Shown in pieces: positions 25,829 through 38,439 of a DNA stretch of 64,000 nucleotides. The notes below the pieces were generated by a model, which was given only the letters and a program-made list of their open reading frames with translations, did not search any database and was not told the origin of the DNA. Each line of letters starts with the position of its first letter. Position 1 is the stretch's first letter. Origin of the DNA: Octopus sinensis (lineage: Eukaryota); NCBI RefSeq assembly GCF_006345805.1, contig NC_043010.1, forward strand, positions 32,426,001 to 32,490,000, read 5' to 3'. Position numbers and translations under genes: made by a program.

Positions 25829-27479
25829 TTCATATATATATATATATATATATATGGAAATACACATACATAGACATACATATAAATAAATACGTGTCTG
25901 TGTGTGTATATGCACACACTCAAAATTTACTAGTCTTAAGTGAACAATAATAGAGATAATAGTGTCACACTGGAGGATTGTCCACAACATTCTCTTGAAT
26001 CTGTTGATCGCTACTGTCTGGTTTCTTTCTGAAGATAAATCATCATAGTTCCCACAAGAGGTATCTTTTACTTCACTGCCATTAGCAGAATATATGATCA
26101 ACAAGAATTGCAAGTTCTAATACCAGCTCACAACCTAGAGGTATACATCAATAATGAACATTTCAAAGTTCTTTTCATCTTCTGCATCAATAAAGAAAAA
26201 CCCAAATGTATTTGGAGCCGACATAAAAAAAAAAATCACAGTATAAATAACAACAAGCTAACAGGGAATGGGGGAAGATGTTGACATTCGTTGTAAAATC
26301 TGCTATATTTTATGATTGCTATTTTATGAAGTGAGTTGGCAAATGTTAAAGTTTATATCACTTGATGGAGCATTGCTGAGAAACTGTTTTGGTTGCAGCT
26401 GCTCCTGGTCTGTTGGTGAATACAGAAAATTATAAAACAGACATGATTAAGTGCATAAACTGTGTTATGAGATAACTTTCTCGATACTACCTACCTTAAA
26501 AGCCATGACAGTGTTGTTTGAATGTCTGGTGTATAAAAAGGGAAAAGCTGAAACTGTGACACTTCAAATCAGGATGATATATATTACATGTAAAGCTGAG
26601 AAATTCCCAGTTGATCCAAAATAACATTGCAATCTTTTCCATCAATATGAGTAACAATAGTATAAAAAAGAATGTTACTTTCTCCAAAGTAAGGAAAACT
26701 ATTGAAAATTTTTGACACTTTCCATGATTAAAGCTGTGATCAGTTTTCCTATTCAACAATCAGTTTTTCTACTTGCATTTGACAAAATTGGTTGTTGGAA
26801 TACACTTAACTGCGAAGAGACAATAAATACTTATGCGTTATATTGGGTAAACACAAACTTTCCCCCTACATGATGACCAAAAGGAACCTTTCCATAGTTA
26901 CTTGACCTTCTAGAAATAATAACCAACTCTTTCACAAATTATTATCTACAATTTTAAAAAATGAAGTTTATATTTAATATTGTAGTCATACTTGCATTAG
27001 TGGTTATCACTGAAATGTCTTTGAGCATAGATTTGTTCAATCAGGGTTACCTGGGATTAAACAATAACATCAACCAAATAGTCTTGAAACAATGAAGGAG
27101 ACTGTATTTGGTCTCTTGGCCTGCAAGAAAAAGCAGCCACATAACACCTTGGTTTATATCAGTCTTGACACAATCAAGGAGATTTTATGCAACTGAAACC
27201 TGAGTGTCTTTTGTTAGCTGAAAGTTGTTTTGGCACAAACTAGGCAGATGCGTGTCTCATACCCAAATCTTCAGTGATAATGGACTGAACTGAACCATAA
27301 CTAATCTGCACATCTTGGCAGGTATCACCATGAATTTATTGATCAGACCTCATATATATATACACACACACACACACATATATGTATATATGTATGTATA
27401 TACACACACGTACACATGCATACAAATATACACTCATCATGACTATACATATATAAATATATACTTAGAAGACTTGAGA

Positions 27480-27810
27480 AGAATAAAGCTAATACGCTCT
27501 GATGGATATGCAACATCAGTGTGCATATATGACAAAGTGTAATGTGCTGAGAGAAAAGAAGAGCTGAAGAAGAGTCAGATGTAGCATGCAAAATAGAAGA
27601 CTTCATTGGTTTGGAATTGTGATGCATATGAATGTAGAAAGCTATATAAAGAAGTGCTGCTTGCTTAAAGTGGATGGCACCTGTGGAAGAAGGAAATGCA
27701 GAAAGATATGGGATGAAATAGTGAGGACTGATCCCAGGATGTTGGGCTTTATGGATAAGATGACAATGGACTGAGATATCTGGTAATATGAGGTTCTTGA
27801 GAAGACCAAC
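27480..27810 (+). mobile_element. Decayed RTE ORF C-terminal fragment
   Basis: MQNRRLHWFGIVMHM...GTCGRRKCRKIWDEIVRTD. Confidence 0.8.
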
Positions 27811-28299
27811 CCACCTCAGCAAAACAGTTCTGGAAGCAGTGTTCTACCTGCATGTAACATTAAAACAATTTTTTGCACACCCAATCTCATTAAACATTGC
27901 TCTTCTTCCTCACATTTTCTCTTATTTTCATGCACTATACTTATCTCTCCTCCCCCACTCCTGCAACCCAATCCTGACCTCACTGCCCTGCCCCCTGTAT
28001 CTTTACTGTCCTGTTGTCTCCCCACCCTGTATATTCCTAGGTTTCACCAGTCACTGCATTCTTCCACTTCTTTTGGTGGCACTCCGTCAGTTATGACAAC
28101 AAGGTTTCCAGTTGATCCAAACAACAGAACAGCCTGCTCGTGAAATTAACATGCAAGTGGCTGAGCACTACACAGACACTTGTACCTTTAATTTAATGTA
28201 GCTCTCAGAGAGATTCAGTGTGACAAGGCTAGCACATTTTCATGAACTCTCTATTCATGCACCCTTAGAGAATATAAATTGAATGATAGAACTATCCAA

Positions 28300-28742
28300 T
28301 GTATATTCTCATCCTTGGATGAGTTTGCCCTGGCCACCATATCTCCCACTTTTGTTCTCTTCCACACTCGCTCTCTCCCTTCAGTTGTAGTAAACATGCA
28401 TCTCCTTAATAGCAAGACACCTGCTTCTGTCCCTCTGTCGTAATCTAATCTTTCATCACCTGGCACAAACCCACCCCCAGTACTTCTCCCTATCAAAGGA
28501 TCTTTGTCTTGCAAGTTATTTGGTGACCTCTCCATTGTTAGTGCCATGTGAAAAGCACCCAGTGCACTCTGTAAACTGATTGGCATTAGAAAGGGCATCC
28601 AGCTGTAAAATAACAATACCAAAACAGGCAGTGGAACATGGTGCAGCCCTCTGGCTTGCCAGCTCTTGTCAAGCCATCCAGTCCTTGCCAGGGTGGAAAA
28701 AAAATGGATGTTAAATGATGATGATGATGATGATGATGATGA
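28300..28742 (+). mobile_element. RTE-related 3' region with (GAT)n tail
   Basis: AAAGCACCCAGT...AAGGGCATCCAGCTGTA...GGATGTTAAAT(GAT)n. An inverted relative lies at 36350-36740. Confidence 0.75.
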
Positions 28743-28761
28743 TATATATATATATATAACA

Positions 28762-28952
28762 CATCTGTGACCAAAAGTTTGGAACATTTTTTAAAGATTA
28801 AAATTGTTATACCCAAGTACAATTCAATTCAAATATATACAACATAGAGATATACTTACCTAATAGCTGATCCAATATTTCAATATCTAGAAGAAACATA
28901 TTCAGACCTATGTTCCAAACTTTTGGCCATGACTGATACATACATACATACA

Positions 28953-28987
<35 letters not shown>

Positions 28988-29183
28988 GTATATATATATA
29001 TATATAACACATCTGTGACCAAAAGTTTGGAACATTTTTTAAAGATTAAAATTGTTATACCCAAGTACAATTCAATTCAAATATATACAACATAGAGATA
29101 TACTTACCTAATAGCTGATCCAATATTTCAATATCTAGAAGAAACATATTCAGACCTATGTTCCAAACTTTTGGCCATGACTG
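28762..29183. mobile_element. Tc1-type MITE (174 bp) present twice in tandem, period 248 bp
   Basis: TIRs CATCTGTGACCAAAAGTTTGGAACA and TGTTCCAAACTTTTGGCCATGACTG. Copies at 28762-28935 and 29010-29183 look identical, each followed by (TACA)n(TA)n. Confidence 0.9.
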
Positions 29184-29200
29184 ATACATACATACATACA

Positions 29201-29268
<68 letters not shown>

Positions 29269-29739
29269 AATAAATTTAGAGACTTTGATATGAAGTAAAT
29301 TATTTTTAATGGTCAACCTTCAAAGGAGATAATAGTTATAAGTAATAGTGTGTAGAATATTACATTAAAAAATCCTTGAATGATAAATGTCAAAATTTCT
29401 TTATTGGACACAAACCCACATCTTCTGTAAAAATGGTAGACCTGTAAATCATTCAAGCTTTGTTCTTACTAGTGAGATAGTTTGATGTTTACATTATGAG
29501 AATTTAGAGACTTTAATAGATATGAAGTAAGTTATTTTTAACAGTGGAACTCCAAGTATTATCTACTTTGTTATAAATAATTGCTGTGCAATATTGGGTT
29601 AAGAAAAAAACCTGGATGCCAAAAATAAGTTCCACTAGCAAAAGTAATTGATGTATGTATGTATATAGACAAACCTGGATATGTTTATGTGTGTGTAGCA
29701 TTTAATTGAAGTTGAGCTCAACCATAAACCTATCAGAGA

Positions 29740-30045
29740 ATGACTAATAATTAGATTGCTTTTCTCAGCCTGATGAGCAATGGAGCCTGGACTGGTAGCT
29801 GACTGCACCAAGTTGCTGCTGGAGAAAGTATCACAACATGTGACATCCCAGATGAGGGGCACGCCACCATGGAAAGGAAAAATTGTCATGCTGCCCAGCC
29901 TTTTATTGTTCCCCTGGTCTAGCCCCACTGGCTCAAGCTTGGAAGAGAAGCCTGCAGCATCTAGGCCATTCTTTATGATCCTGTTACAGGTAACATGGTG
30001 TGGAAGGCAGCAAGCACTATACTGCATGACAGAGTAGTTGTCATT
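29740..30045 (-). mobile_element. CRE-clade non-LTR retrotransposon endonuclease fragment
   Basis: HHVTCNRIIKNGLDAAGFSSKLEPVGLDQGNNKRLGSMTIFPFHGGVPLIWDVTCCDT...SATSPGSIAHQAEK fits LEP.GL..RPDG...WD.TC.DT. Confidence 0.8.
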
Positions 30046-31271
30046 GTCAAATGTCAATACAAGACTGAAAGTAAACCAACACCCAGTGTGAAGGGTAACA
30101 GCTTATTAAATATAATTGTTAACCTCCAAAAATTGAAAGGCAAAATTAAATTTGCCCTTGGCAGAACTTGAATTCAAAGTGCAAAGTATCAGAACAAATG
30201 TGATGAAGCTTTCTATCCTACACTCTAACAACTGTACCACTCTCCCCACTGTATACATTCTTATTGTAGATGCACATTCAATATCAGTATTGTATATAAA
30301 TTCAAGAGGATACAGGCAATGAGATAAAATCTTTTTCCACTCTAATATACTAAACAGAAACTATTACTAACACATGATAAAAACATTTTCAGTTTATTTT
30401 TTGCATGCATGTATTAGTTTTAGCTTCGTGATTTTTATGATGGTTATTTCTGTTCTGACATTTTTGCCCCACAACCGTCTTTGACAATTGACATTTTATT
30501 TACATTGAAATAGAAACCAAACTTTAAAACCAAAATGTAAAGTAAAGCATTACATACACACAATTTCATAAACTCACACACATACACACACTTTCATATA
30601 CAAACATAAACACTAACACACACCTGCATATAGCTATACAAACACACACACACCTGCATACACACCAGCACATACATATGTAAACACACATCAAAACAAA
30701 ATGTAGAAACAGTAAACTCTTGAACACAGATTGAGAAAGAAAATATGTTGAATCAAAATCCAGACCCACAACATTCACAACAACTGCAACTTCAACAACT
30801 ACAAGAAGAAAAATCATTTTCTCTGTTATCTTGGTCAGTTTCTGTTATCCATAATAGAAATATTTCTAGGGACATAAACAATGACATTAAGCTTATGAAC
30901 CCCTTGTTTTCTTAGATATTCTGTTTACCAGACCAACTGTAATATACAATCATTATTTATCGATTCATGAGTGTGTGTATGTGTGTGCGTGTAAAATCAT
31001 TATCATTTAATAACTACTTTTGCATGTTTGCATGTATCAGATGGAATTTGTTGAGGCAGGTTTATTACAACCAGATTCCCTTCTTGATGTTAACACTCAC
31101 TTGTTTCCAAGCAAGGGAATATTTGTCATGCCCACACACAGAAGACTGGAAATTAACAACACCACATGTGTGACAGAGATGCTCATTTGCAACCATCAAG
31201 TGTCATCAAAACTAGTACACAAATACACACACATGCATACATTCACATAAGTATATACAATATATATATCT

Positions 31272-31622
31272 CAGTCCGTTGCCAGCCTCGCCTGGCCCCC
31301 ATGCCGGTGGCACGTAAAAGCACCATCCGTTCATGTCCGTTGCCAGCCTCGCCTGGCCCCTGTGCTGGTGACACGTAAAAGCACCATCCGTTCATGGCCG
31401 TTTGCCAGCTCTGTCTGGCACCTGTGCGGGTGGCACGTAAAAAGCACCCACTACACTCATGGAGTTGTTGGCGTTAGGAAGGGCATCCAGCCGTAGAAAC
31501 ACTGCCAGATCTGACTGGGCCTGATGAAGCCTTCCGGCTTCACACACCCCAGTTGAACTGTCCAACCCATGCTAGCATGGAAAACGGACGCTAAATGATG
31601 ATGATGATGATGATGATGATGA
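31272..31622 (+). mobile_element. RTE 3' UTR fragment with internal tandem subunits
   Basis: Three copies of the GGTGGCACGTAAAAGCACC unit and a (GAT)n tail. Confidence 0.9.
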
Positions 31623-31759
31623 TATATATATACATACAGCTGTGGCCAAAAGGCTTCTTTCAGTTTCTCTCTATAAAATCCACTCAGAGGGCTTTGGCTG
31701 ACCCAGGGCTACAGTAGAAGACACTTACTGAAGCTTTCACACCGGAGAACTAAATTTTT

Positions 31760-32160
31760 ATAGTGGGACTGTAATTTTTACAAAAAAATGGATATGAGAG
31801 GAATGGTTTTAGTATGAGGTTTTATTTAAAATTCACTATGGGCTCCAGATGTCGCCACCAGCATCTTGAGTCACCAAGGAATTGCATCAACTGATTTCAC
31901 CAGGAACTCTTGTGAGATGGAAGAAGACATAACTTCTCATATTCGCCCTTCAAGTTCTTCTAGTCTTTGGTTTAGTACAGTAGATGTGTTCCTTTAACCA
32001 ACCCCCAAAAAAGAAGTCACAGGATGTTAAGTTGGGATTCCTGGCTGGCCACTCATGCAGACCATGATGACTCATCCATTTCCTGAAGAAGTGGGCACTC
32101 AGCCATTCACAAACAATAAGAGTAATGCAATTACAGATAAAATTCTCATGCTTCAAAAAA
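31760..32160 (-). mobile_element. Tc1/mariner-superfamily fragment (rosa/DD41D-like motif)
   Basis: EWPARNPNLTSCDFFFGGWLKEHIYCTKPKT resembles WPARSPDLTPCDFFLWG. Confidence 0.7.
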
Positions 32161-32695
32161 CAAACTCAAAACATTTGAGAAAAAAATTACAATTGATAAA
32201 TAATTTATAAGCATTGTACATGTATGTTTGTATGTGTGTAAGAATGTATGTGTGTGTAATTTTAAAATTTCCAATACAACCAGATTTTGAATATATATTC
32301 ACAATTTACTACCACTTTCATGTTTTGTAGAAAACAGTCTTCAGGAAAAGCTAGTAAATTGTGAATACATATTAAAATCCTGTTGTGTTGGAATTCTTAA
32401 TGATAAATATATAATATATGTTTATGTGTATATGTAAGTATATATGTACACACACACACATATAGTGATTGTCTACTCATTATGCAGAGTTTGACCACCT
32501 CCTGTACCAACACTTTAGAACCATCATGGCATCTGGTGTGGCTTTTTAAACCAGACAATGTTTTAAAAAAATTTTCCCACATAAATTGCATATCCAATTT
32601 GGGCCACCAAGAGCTGCAGTTAAGTTCTGATCTTTGTGAATCTTAAAATGTCTTTTGAGGCCTCCGTTAGATTTGCAGACCTTCTGTTTGCAATA

Positions 32696-33968
32696 TTGGG
32701 TTAGCAAGAAAGTAATTTCGTTTTTTGCAAAGAGACAGAGTTATGATGTTTTTGAATGCCTTTTGTCAATGTTATGATTTTTCCCTTTTGACATTTGATA
32801 GCTGTTACTTTTAGCTTACTTTAGAAACAAATTGCATGTAATCTTGTTTAAATGTCAGTTCAGTGTCAATTTTAACATGGGGTGCAAAAACTAACGTTTT
32901 CACCATGTTTTAGTTTTTTATTTCCATAAAGGCAAGAAAGTTATTGAGGCTCACAAAGAGATATGTTAAGTTGATTACTTAACAGAACGCACATGTTAGA
33001 AATGTTTTTAAAAATTCTGTTCTAGAAATTTTTCACTCGAAGATGACCGACATTCTGGTCAATTTACTGATGTTGATGATGATCGAATCAAAGCCATAGT
33101 TGAATCTGATTGTGATATAATTGTGCGAGAGATTGCAGAGAGGTTAAATGTATCACACACAATAGTTGAAAATCACTTAAAATATCTTGAGCTCGTTAAG
33201 AAGTTTGATATTTGGGATCCACATAAATTGAAAGAGATTCACTTAACCCAACAAATCAATATTTGTGATATGCATCTCAAGCGCAATGAAATCAACATTT
33301 TTTTAAAACAAATCATCACTGGTGATGAAAAATGTATTATCTACAATAACACCAATCAAAAACGATCATGGTCCAAGCGTAATAAACCAGCACAAACTAC
33401 ATCAAAAGCTGAACTGCATCAAAAAAAGGTCATGCTGTCAAGTGAGATTACAAAGGTGTTGTGTAGTTTGAGCTGCTTCCAAGGAACCAGATGATCAATT
33501 CAGATGTTTACTGTTAACAACTGATGATACTGAAGGGAGCAAAAGAAGAAAAACAGCCAAAATTGGCAAATCATAAAGGAATCATGTTCCACCATGACAA
33601 CACTAGGCCACAGCACGTTTTATCTAACTTGTGAAATATATTAGAGCTTGGTTGGAAGTGATGTCACATCCACCATATAGCCCTGACCTTGCACCATCAG
33701 ATTACCATTTATTTCAAAGTTTGCAAAATTCTTTGAATGGTAAAACTTTCAATAATGATGATGACTTGAAATCAGTCTTGCTTCAGCTTTTGGCTGATAA
33801 AGACCAGCAGTTCTATGAGCGAGAAATCATGAAGTTGTCAGAAAGATGACAAAAGGTCGTCGAACAAAATGGAAAATATATAATTGATTAAAGTTTATTC
33901 TTTGTATTAAGAAAAAACTGACTTTTACTTCATGCTAAAAAGCCAAAATTACTTTCTTGCTAACCCAA
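32696..33968 (+). mobile_element. Full-length decayed mariner, third family (mellifera-like TIR)
   Basis: TIRs TA-TTGGGTTAGCAAGAAAGTAATTT and AAATTACTTTCTTGCTAACCCAA. Fragments WDPHKL...IITGDEKCIIYNN and HPPYSPDLAPSDYHLF. Confidence 0.93.
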
Positions 33969-33984
33969 TCAATATATATGCATA

Positions 33985-34200
33985 TCTTCTATTTGCTTCA
34001 GTCAGCAGGCTGGGGTATTGCCTTGAAGAAATTTTCATCAAAAGAATTGACCCCTGTACTTATTTTTTTAAAGCCTGTTACTTATTCTATTGATCTTTTT
34101 TGCCAAAGCGCTAAGTTATAGGGATGTAAACACACTAACACTGGTTATCAAGTGGTGGTGGAACACAAACACAGGCACAAAGTAACACACATACACACAC
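33985..34200 (-). mobile_element. SINE 3' half (dominant family)
   Basis: Reverse complement of the tail seen at 4770-4950. Confidence 0.7.
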
Positions 34201-34250
<50 letters not shown>

Positions 34251-34386
34251 TATATAAATATATATATATAATATATATATATATATATAAATATATATAT
34301 AAATATATATATATACATATATATAAATATATATATATATAAATATAAATATATATATATAATATATATTATATATATATATATAA

Positions 34387-34424
<38 letters not shown>

Positions 34425-34448
34425 ATATATATATATATATATACATAC

Positions 34449-34500
<52 letters not shown>

Positions 34501-34545
34501 TTGTATATATATACATACATATATATAATATATATATATATTTAA
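34201..34545. repeat. Long imperfect (TA)n tract
   Basis: Direct reading. Confidence 0.95.
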
Positions 34546-34628
34546 TAATAATAATATAGAGTAAGATTATTAATAATAAGGATTTTACCAAGTAGTCAGT
34601 ATGTTAAAAAAAGACATTTTAGGTAAAT

Positions 34629-35260
34629 TATACAAAATATTCTATAATCATATGCATAATTGTAATGAGGAGTTGGCTAATTGCCTTGCCACATACTGAA
34701 TTAGAAATAGATGCTAATGTCTTTTCAACTACCATAAAAATTCAGAGAAAATAACACACTTTTTTTAATGTAGGCAAAAGGGAAAATGATGAATCAATTC
34801 GACAGCAGTCAGTTACAGACGTGTTTCAAACTTAAAGTAACGCATAATTACCTTTCGTTCTCGTCAGTGTAATATCCAAATAAAAATTTGCAAGTGTTGG
34901 AATAAATATGCACGTGATCAAGCGTCATCACACGACTAATATTTAACCACACTTCCAAAGACATACAGTCGATGACATTTGATCACATGCATATTTATTC
35001 CAACACTTGCAAATTTATATTTGGATATTACACTGATGAGAGTGAAAGGTAATAATGCTTTACTTTAAGTTTGAAACACGTCTGTAACTGACTGCTGTAG
35101 AATTGATTCATCATTTTCACCTTTTGCCGACATTCAAATAAGTGTGGTATTTTCTCTGAATTTTTATGGTAGTTGAAAAGACATTAGCATCTATTTCTAA
35201 TTCACTATGTGGCAAGGCAATTGGCCAGCCTCTCATTATAATTATGTATATGACTATAGA

Positions 35261-35270
<10 letters not shown>
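34629..35270. mobile_element. Foldback/palindromic element with ~300-bp arms and ~41-bp loop, flanked by (TA)n
   Basis: 34629-34929 is the reverse complement of 34971-35270 at roughly 90% identity by eye. No ORF. Confidence 0.9.
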
Positions 35271-35357
<87 letters not shown>

Positions 35358-35566
35358 ATATACACACATATGAAGGTATGTACATATGTGTGTGCATTCA
35401 TGCATGCATACATACATGCATACATACATGCATGCATACATACATACATAACATACATACATATGCACACACACACATACATACAAACAAACAAAAATAC
35501 TTTGTTGTTGATGTTGAAATTCCAATGAAGGAGTCTTGGATCTAAGTTAGAAACCAGCTCTTTGTC

Positions 35567-35760
35567 TCATCATCATCGTTTAACATCTGCCTTCCATGCT
35601 AGCATGGGTTAGACAATTTGAATGAAGTCTGGCGAACCAGATGGCTGCACCAGGCTCGAATCTAATCTGGCAGAGTTTCTACAGCTGGATGCCCTTCCTA
35701 ACAACAACCACTCTCAGAGTGTAGTGGTTGCTTTTACTTGCCACCAGCACGATTGGCAAG
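35567..35760 (-). mobile_element. RTE 3' UTR fragment
   Basis: (ATC)n GTTTAACATCTGCCTTCCATGCTAGCATGGGTT...GGATGCCCTTCCTAAC. Confidence 0.85.
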
Positions 35761-36169
35761 AAATCTTGAAATAAAACTGAACAACGACATACATATATGT
35801 ATACATACATAAATACATACATATGTGTGTGTGTGATCTTATCATTGTTTTAACGTCTACTTTTCTATGCTTGTATGGATCAAACAAGAGTATGCTGAGG
35901 TGGGATTTTTTTATAGCTAAATACTGTTTCTGCTGCTAGCTTCCACCTGTTTCCAATGGCAGTAATAATCTCACACACCTGCACACTGGAGAATGATACT
36001 GAAATGAATATTTTGTTTACAATTATCTCATCAGAACATGTCAAGAAATTTAGATATGGTTTTGTTGTGACCTGAAAACAACTGATGTCATTTGCAAAGT
36101 TATTGTTTATGGTCAATGAGTAAAACATGTGTAGACACAAGGGAAATATAAAATCATTTAGACAAACAC

Positions 36170-36740
36170 TAACAGACAAAAATATATATGACGACTCTCT
36201 TTCAATTTCTCTCTACCAAATCTACTCACAATGCTTTTTTGGCATGATGCTATCATAGAAGACACTTGCCCAAGGTGCCATACAATGGGATTGAAACAAA
36301 AACCACACGGAAACAAACTTCTTAACCACATAGTTAGACCTGTGTCTATGTCATCATTATCAGCATCATTGTTCAACATCTGTCTTCCATGCTAGCATGG
36401 GTTGGATGGTTTGACAGGAACTGACAAACCAGAGGACAGCAACAAGTCCAATGTGGTCTCTACAGCTGCATGCCCTTCCCAAATGTAACAATTTTACAGA
36501 GTGTACTTGGTGCTTTTTACATGGCACCAGCTCAAGTCAGGTCACCAAATAACTCACAAGACACAATCTTTCTACTGGGGAAGGGGTTACTATTGAGGGA
36601 GGTGGCTTTATGCTTGGTGATGAAAGGTTAAAGTATAATTGAGAGATAGAAAAAGATATTTTGCAGTAGAGGAGACACGTGGTTACCCCCTCATTCACAG
36701 ATAAAATAATATCAACAAGGAAGTAAATTAAAGTCAATCT
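36170..36740 (-). mobile_element. SINE 5' part (36170-36345) next to an RTE-related 3' region (36350-36740)
   Basis: Reverse-complement similarity to 4537-4700 and to 28300-28742. Confidence 0.7.
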
Positions 36741-37106
36741 TTATCAGATATTAACATGTTAATACAGTTACTCAAAAATGTCAGACAATATTCTGTTCCA
36801 TAGTTAATGTAAATATTAATTCCTAAAAATTAATTGATAGATGTCTGAACTGAAAAAGTAGATTTTTCCTATAATCGAAGACGCAATGCAAAAAAAGTAA
36901 TAAACACTATTGTATCAATATGGATTAGCAAGACTATAAAATATAAATTGAATTGCAGTAGTGGGACTATTAAAAAAATACAGAGATTAAATTTTAAATA
37001 GATAATGTTTATTTTAACTTAGGTAAACATGGTTTTCACCAAATAAAAGAAAAATATCAAAATTTTTCTTCATTGTGAAAATAAATGGATAAATAACAAC
37101 AACAGC

Positions 37107-37139
<33 letters not shown>

Positions 37140-37518
37140 TGCTTATAATTTAATTTAAGCACATGGTCAGCAATGGAAGGTGAAGTATATTAGATGATAC
37201 TATCAACCCAGTGGTAGACAAACACTGCGTTCTTTTCTAGTTCTTAAGAGTAATAAACTCTCATGTGACTCTTATTCCTACAGTGTATTTCCTACTCCAC
37301 ACTACCCATCTAATCACTTTTCTTCCAACATCCACAAATAGGTACAGCTCTAGAGATTTTGAAGATCATTGGGCTTTAAGTTTGTCCGGACCTATCCTCA
37401 TCACACATCATTTCTCCTAATTTCTGCACTTGCAACATATCCATATTGTGCAACAAAGGTTACAATGAGCCAAAGTTCAATGTTACTGCCAGTTACCTCT
37501 GATTTTCACCTTTGCAAG

Positions 37519-37875
37519 TGCAGGTATGTCTGTGTGATTAAGAAGTTTAATTTCCAGCCACATAATTTTAGGTTCAGTCTCTGCATGCCAGCTTGGGCAA
37601 GTGTCTTCCATTATAGCCTTGGACCAACCAACGCCTTATGGGCACATTCAGTTGATGGAAATTGAAAGAAGCCTGTCTTGTGTATGTGTGTTTGTGTTTC
37701 CTTGTTTTGACATCACATCATGTTGTAAATGATAGTTATTCATTTCCAGCATGTTGCAAAAAAGATGCCTGACCATGGAGAAATATTAGCTTGCTTGGAA
37801 ACAGATAAGGGTTGGTGACAGGAAAGGCATCCAACTGTAAAAAAAGTGGACATTAAAGTGATGGTGCTGATCATC
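37519..37875 (+). mobile_element. Decayed SINE with RTE-like tail
   Basis: GTGCAGGTATGTCTGTGTGATTAAGAAG head, GGGCAAGTGTCTTC core, AGGAAAGGCATCC...GATCATCATCATC. Confidence 0.75.
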
Positions 37876-38439
37876 ATCATCATGTATTGTGGTGGCTTAA
37901 ATTACATTATCATTGTCACTTCACCTGGTCCTCAGTCCTGACTACTAGGCACTTATATCAATATGAGTTTGCCCACTTGAGGGTAGAACACTGGTCCACA
38001 CACTGGCCAAGGCCTTCGCCATCTGCTCTATTAATGGGACAATGAATCCCCTTCACAGTCTTTGTGAGGCAGAAGTATGTCACTTTTATAATACATCTTT
38101 ACTATTTTTTTTTTGCTAAATGTTATTTATGTCCTCAAAATGTGGTCTTTGCTTCCAAAAATGTTAATATTTATGTTTTTGTGTGAGTACAGTTGAGCAT
38201 AATTACTGTTGTTGTCTCCCTTTGTGCTCCAAATATTTACATCAATATTATCTCTTATTTGTTTAAAGGTCATTTTTCTCTATGTGTGTCTCTTTGATTT
38301 GTATTATTAACCTTCTTTTTTACTTGTTTACACCTTTTTTTTTTAAATTTACACTCAAATTTTGTTTTTGACAAATATTTCATTGGAGTTTATGTTGGTG
38401 CTGCCACCATCCTAATACTCCATTACAAATGGCTAAGCA

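Noticed and set aside
30917-30970. YSVYQTNCNIQSLFIDS, superficially like SorCS YQKYRLNFYIQSLLFHP
   Set aside because: Bounded by in-frame stops and out of order relative to the confirmed exons; treated as chance.
11059-35545. Many ORF-track entries rich in Y/I/H/T/C/V/M (e.g. 11059-12673, 25565-26113, 34116-35545)
   Set aside because: They are translations of (TA)n, (CA)n and (TACA)n microsatellites, not genes.
37342-37422. Good acceptor followed by YSSRDFEDHW, resembling a VPS10P BNR motif
   Set aside because: Wrong phase relative to the upstream exon (immediate stop in phase 0), no donor before the stop, and the conserved Gly is missing.
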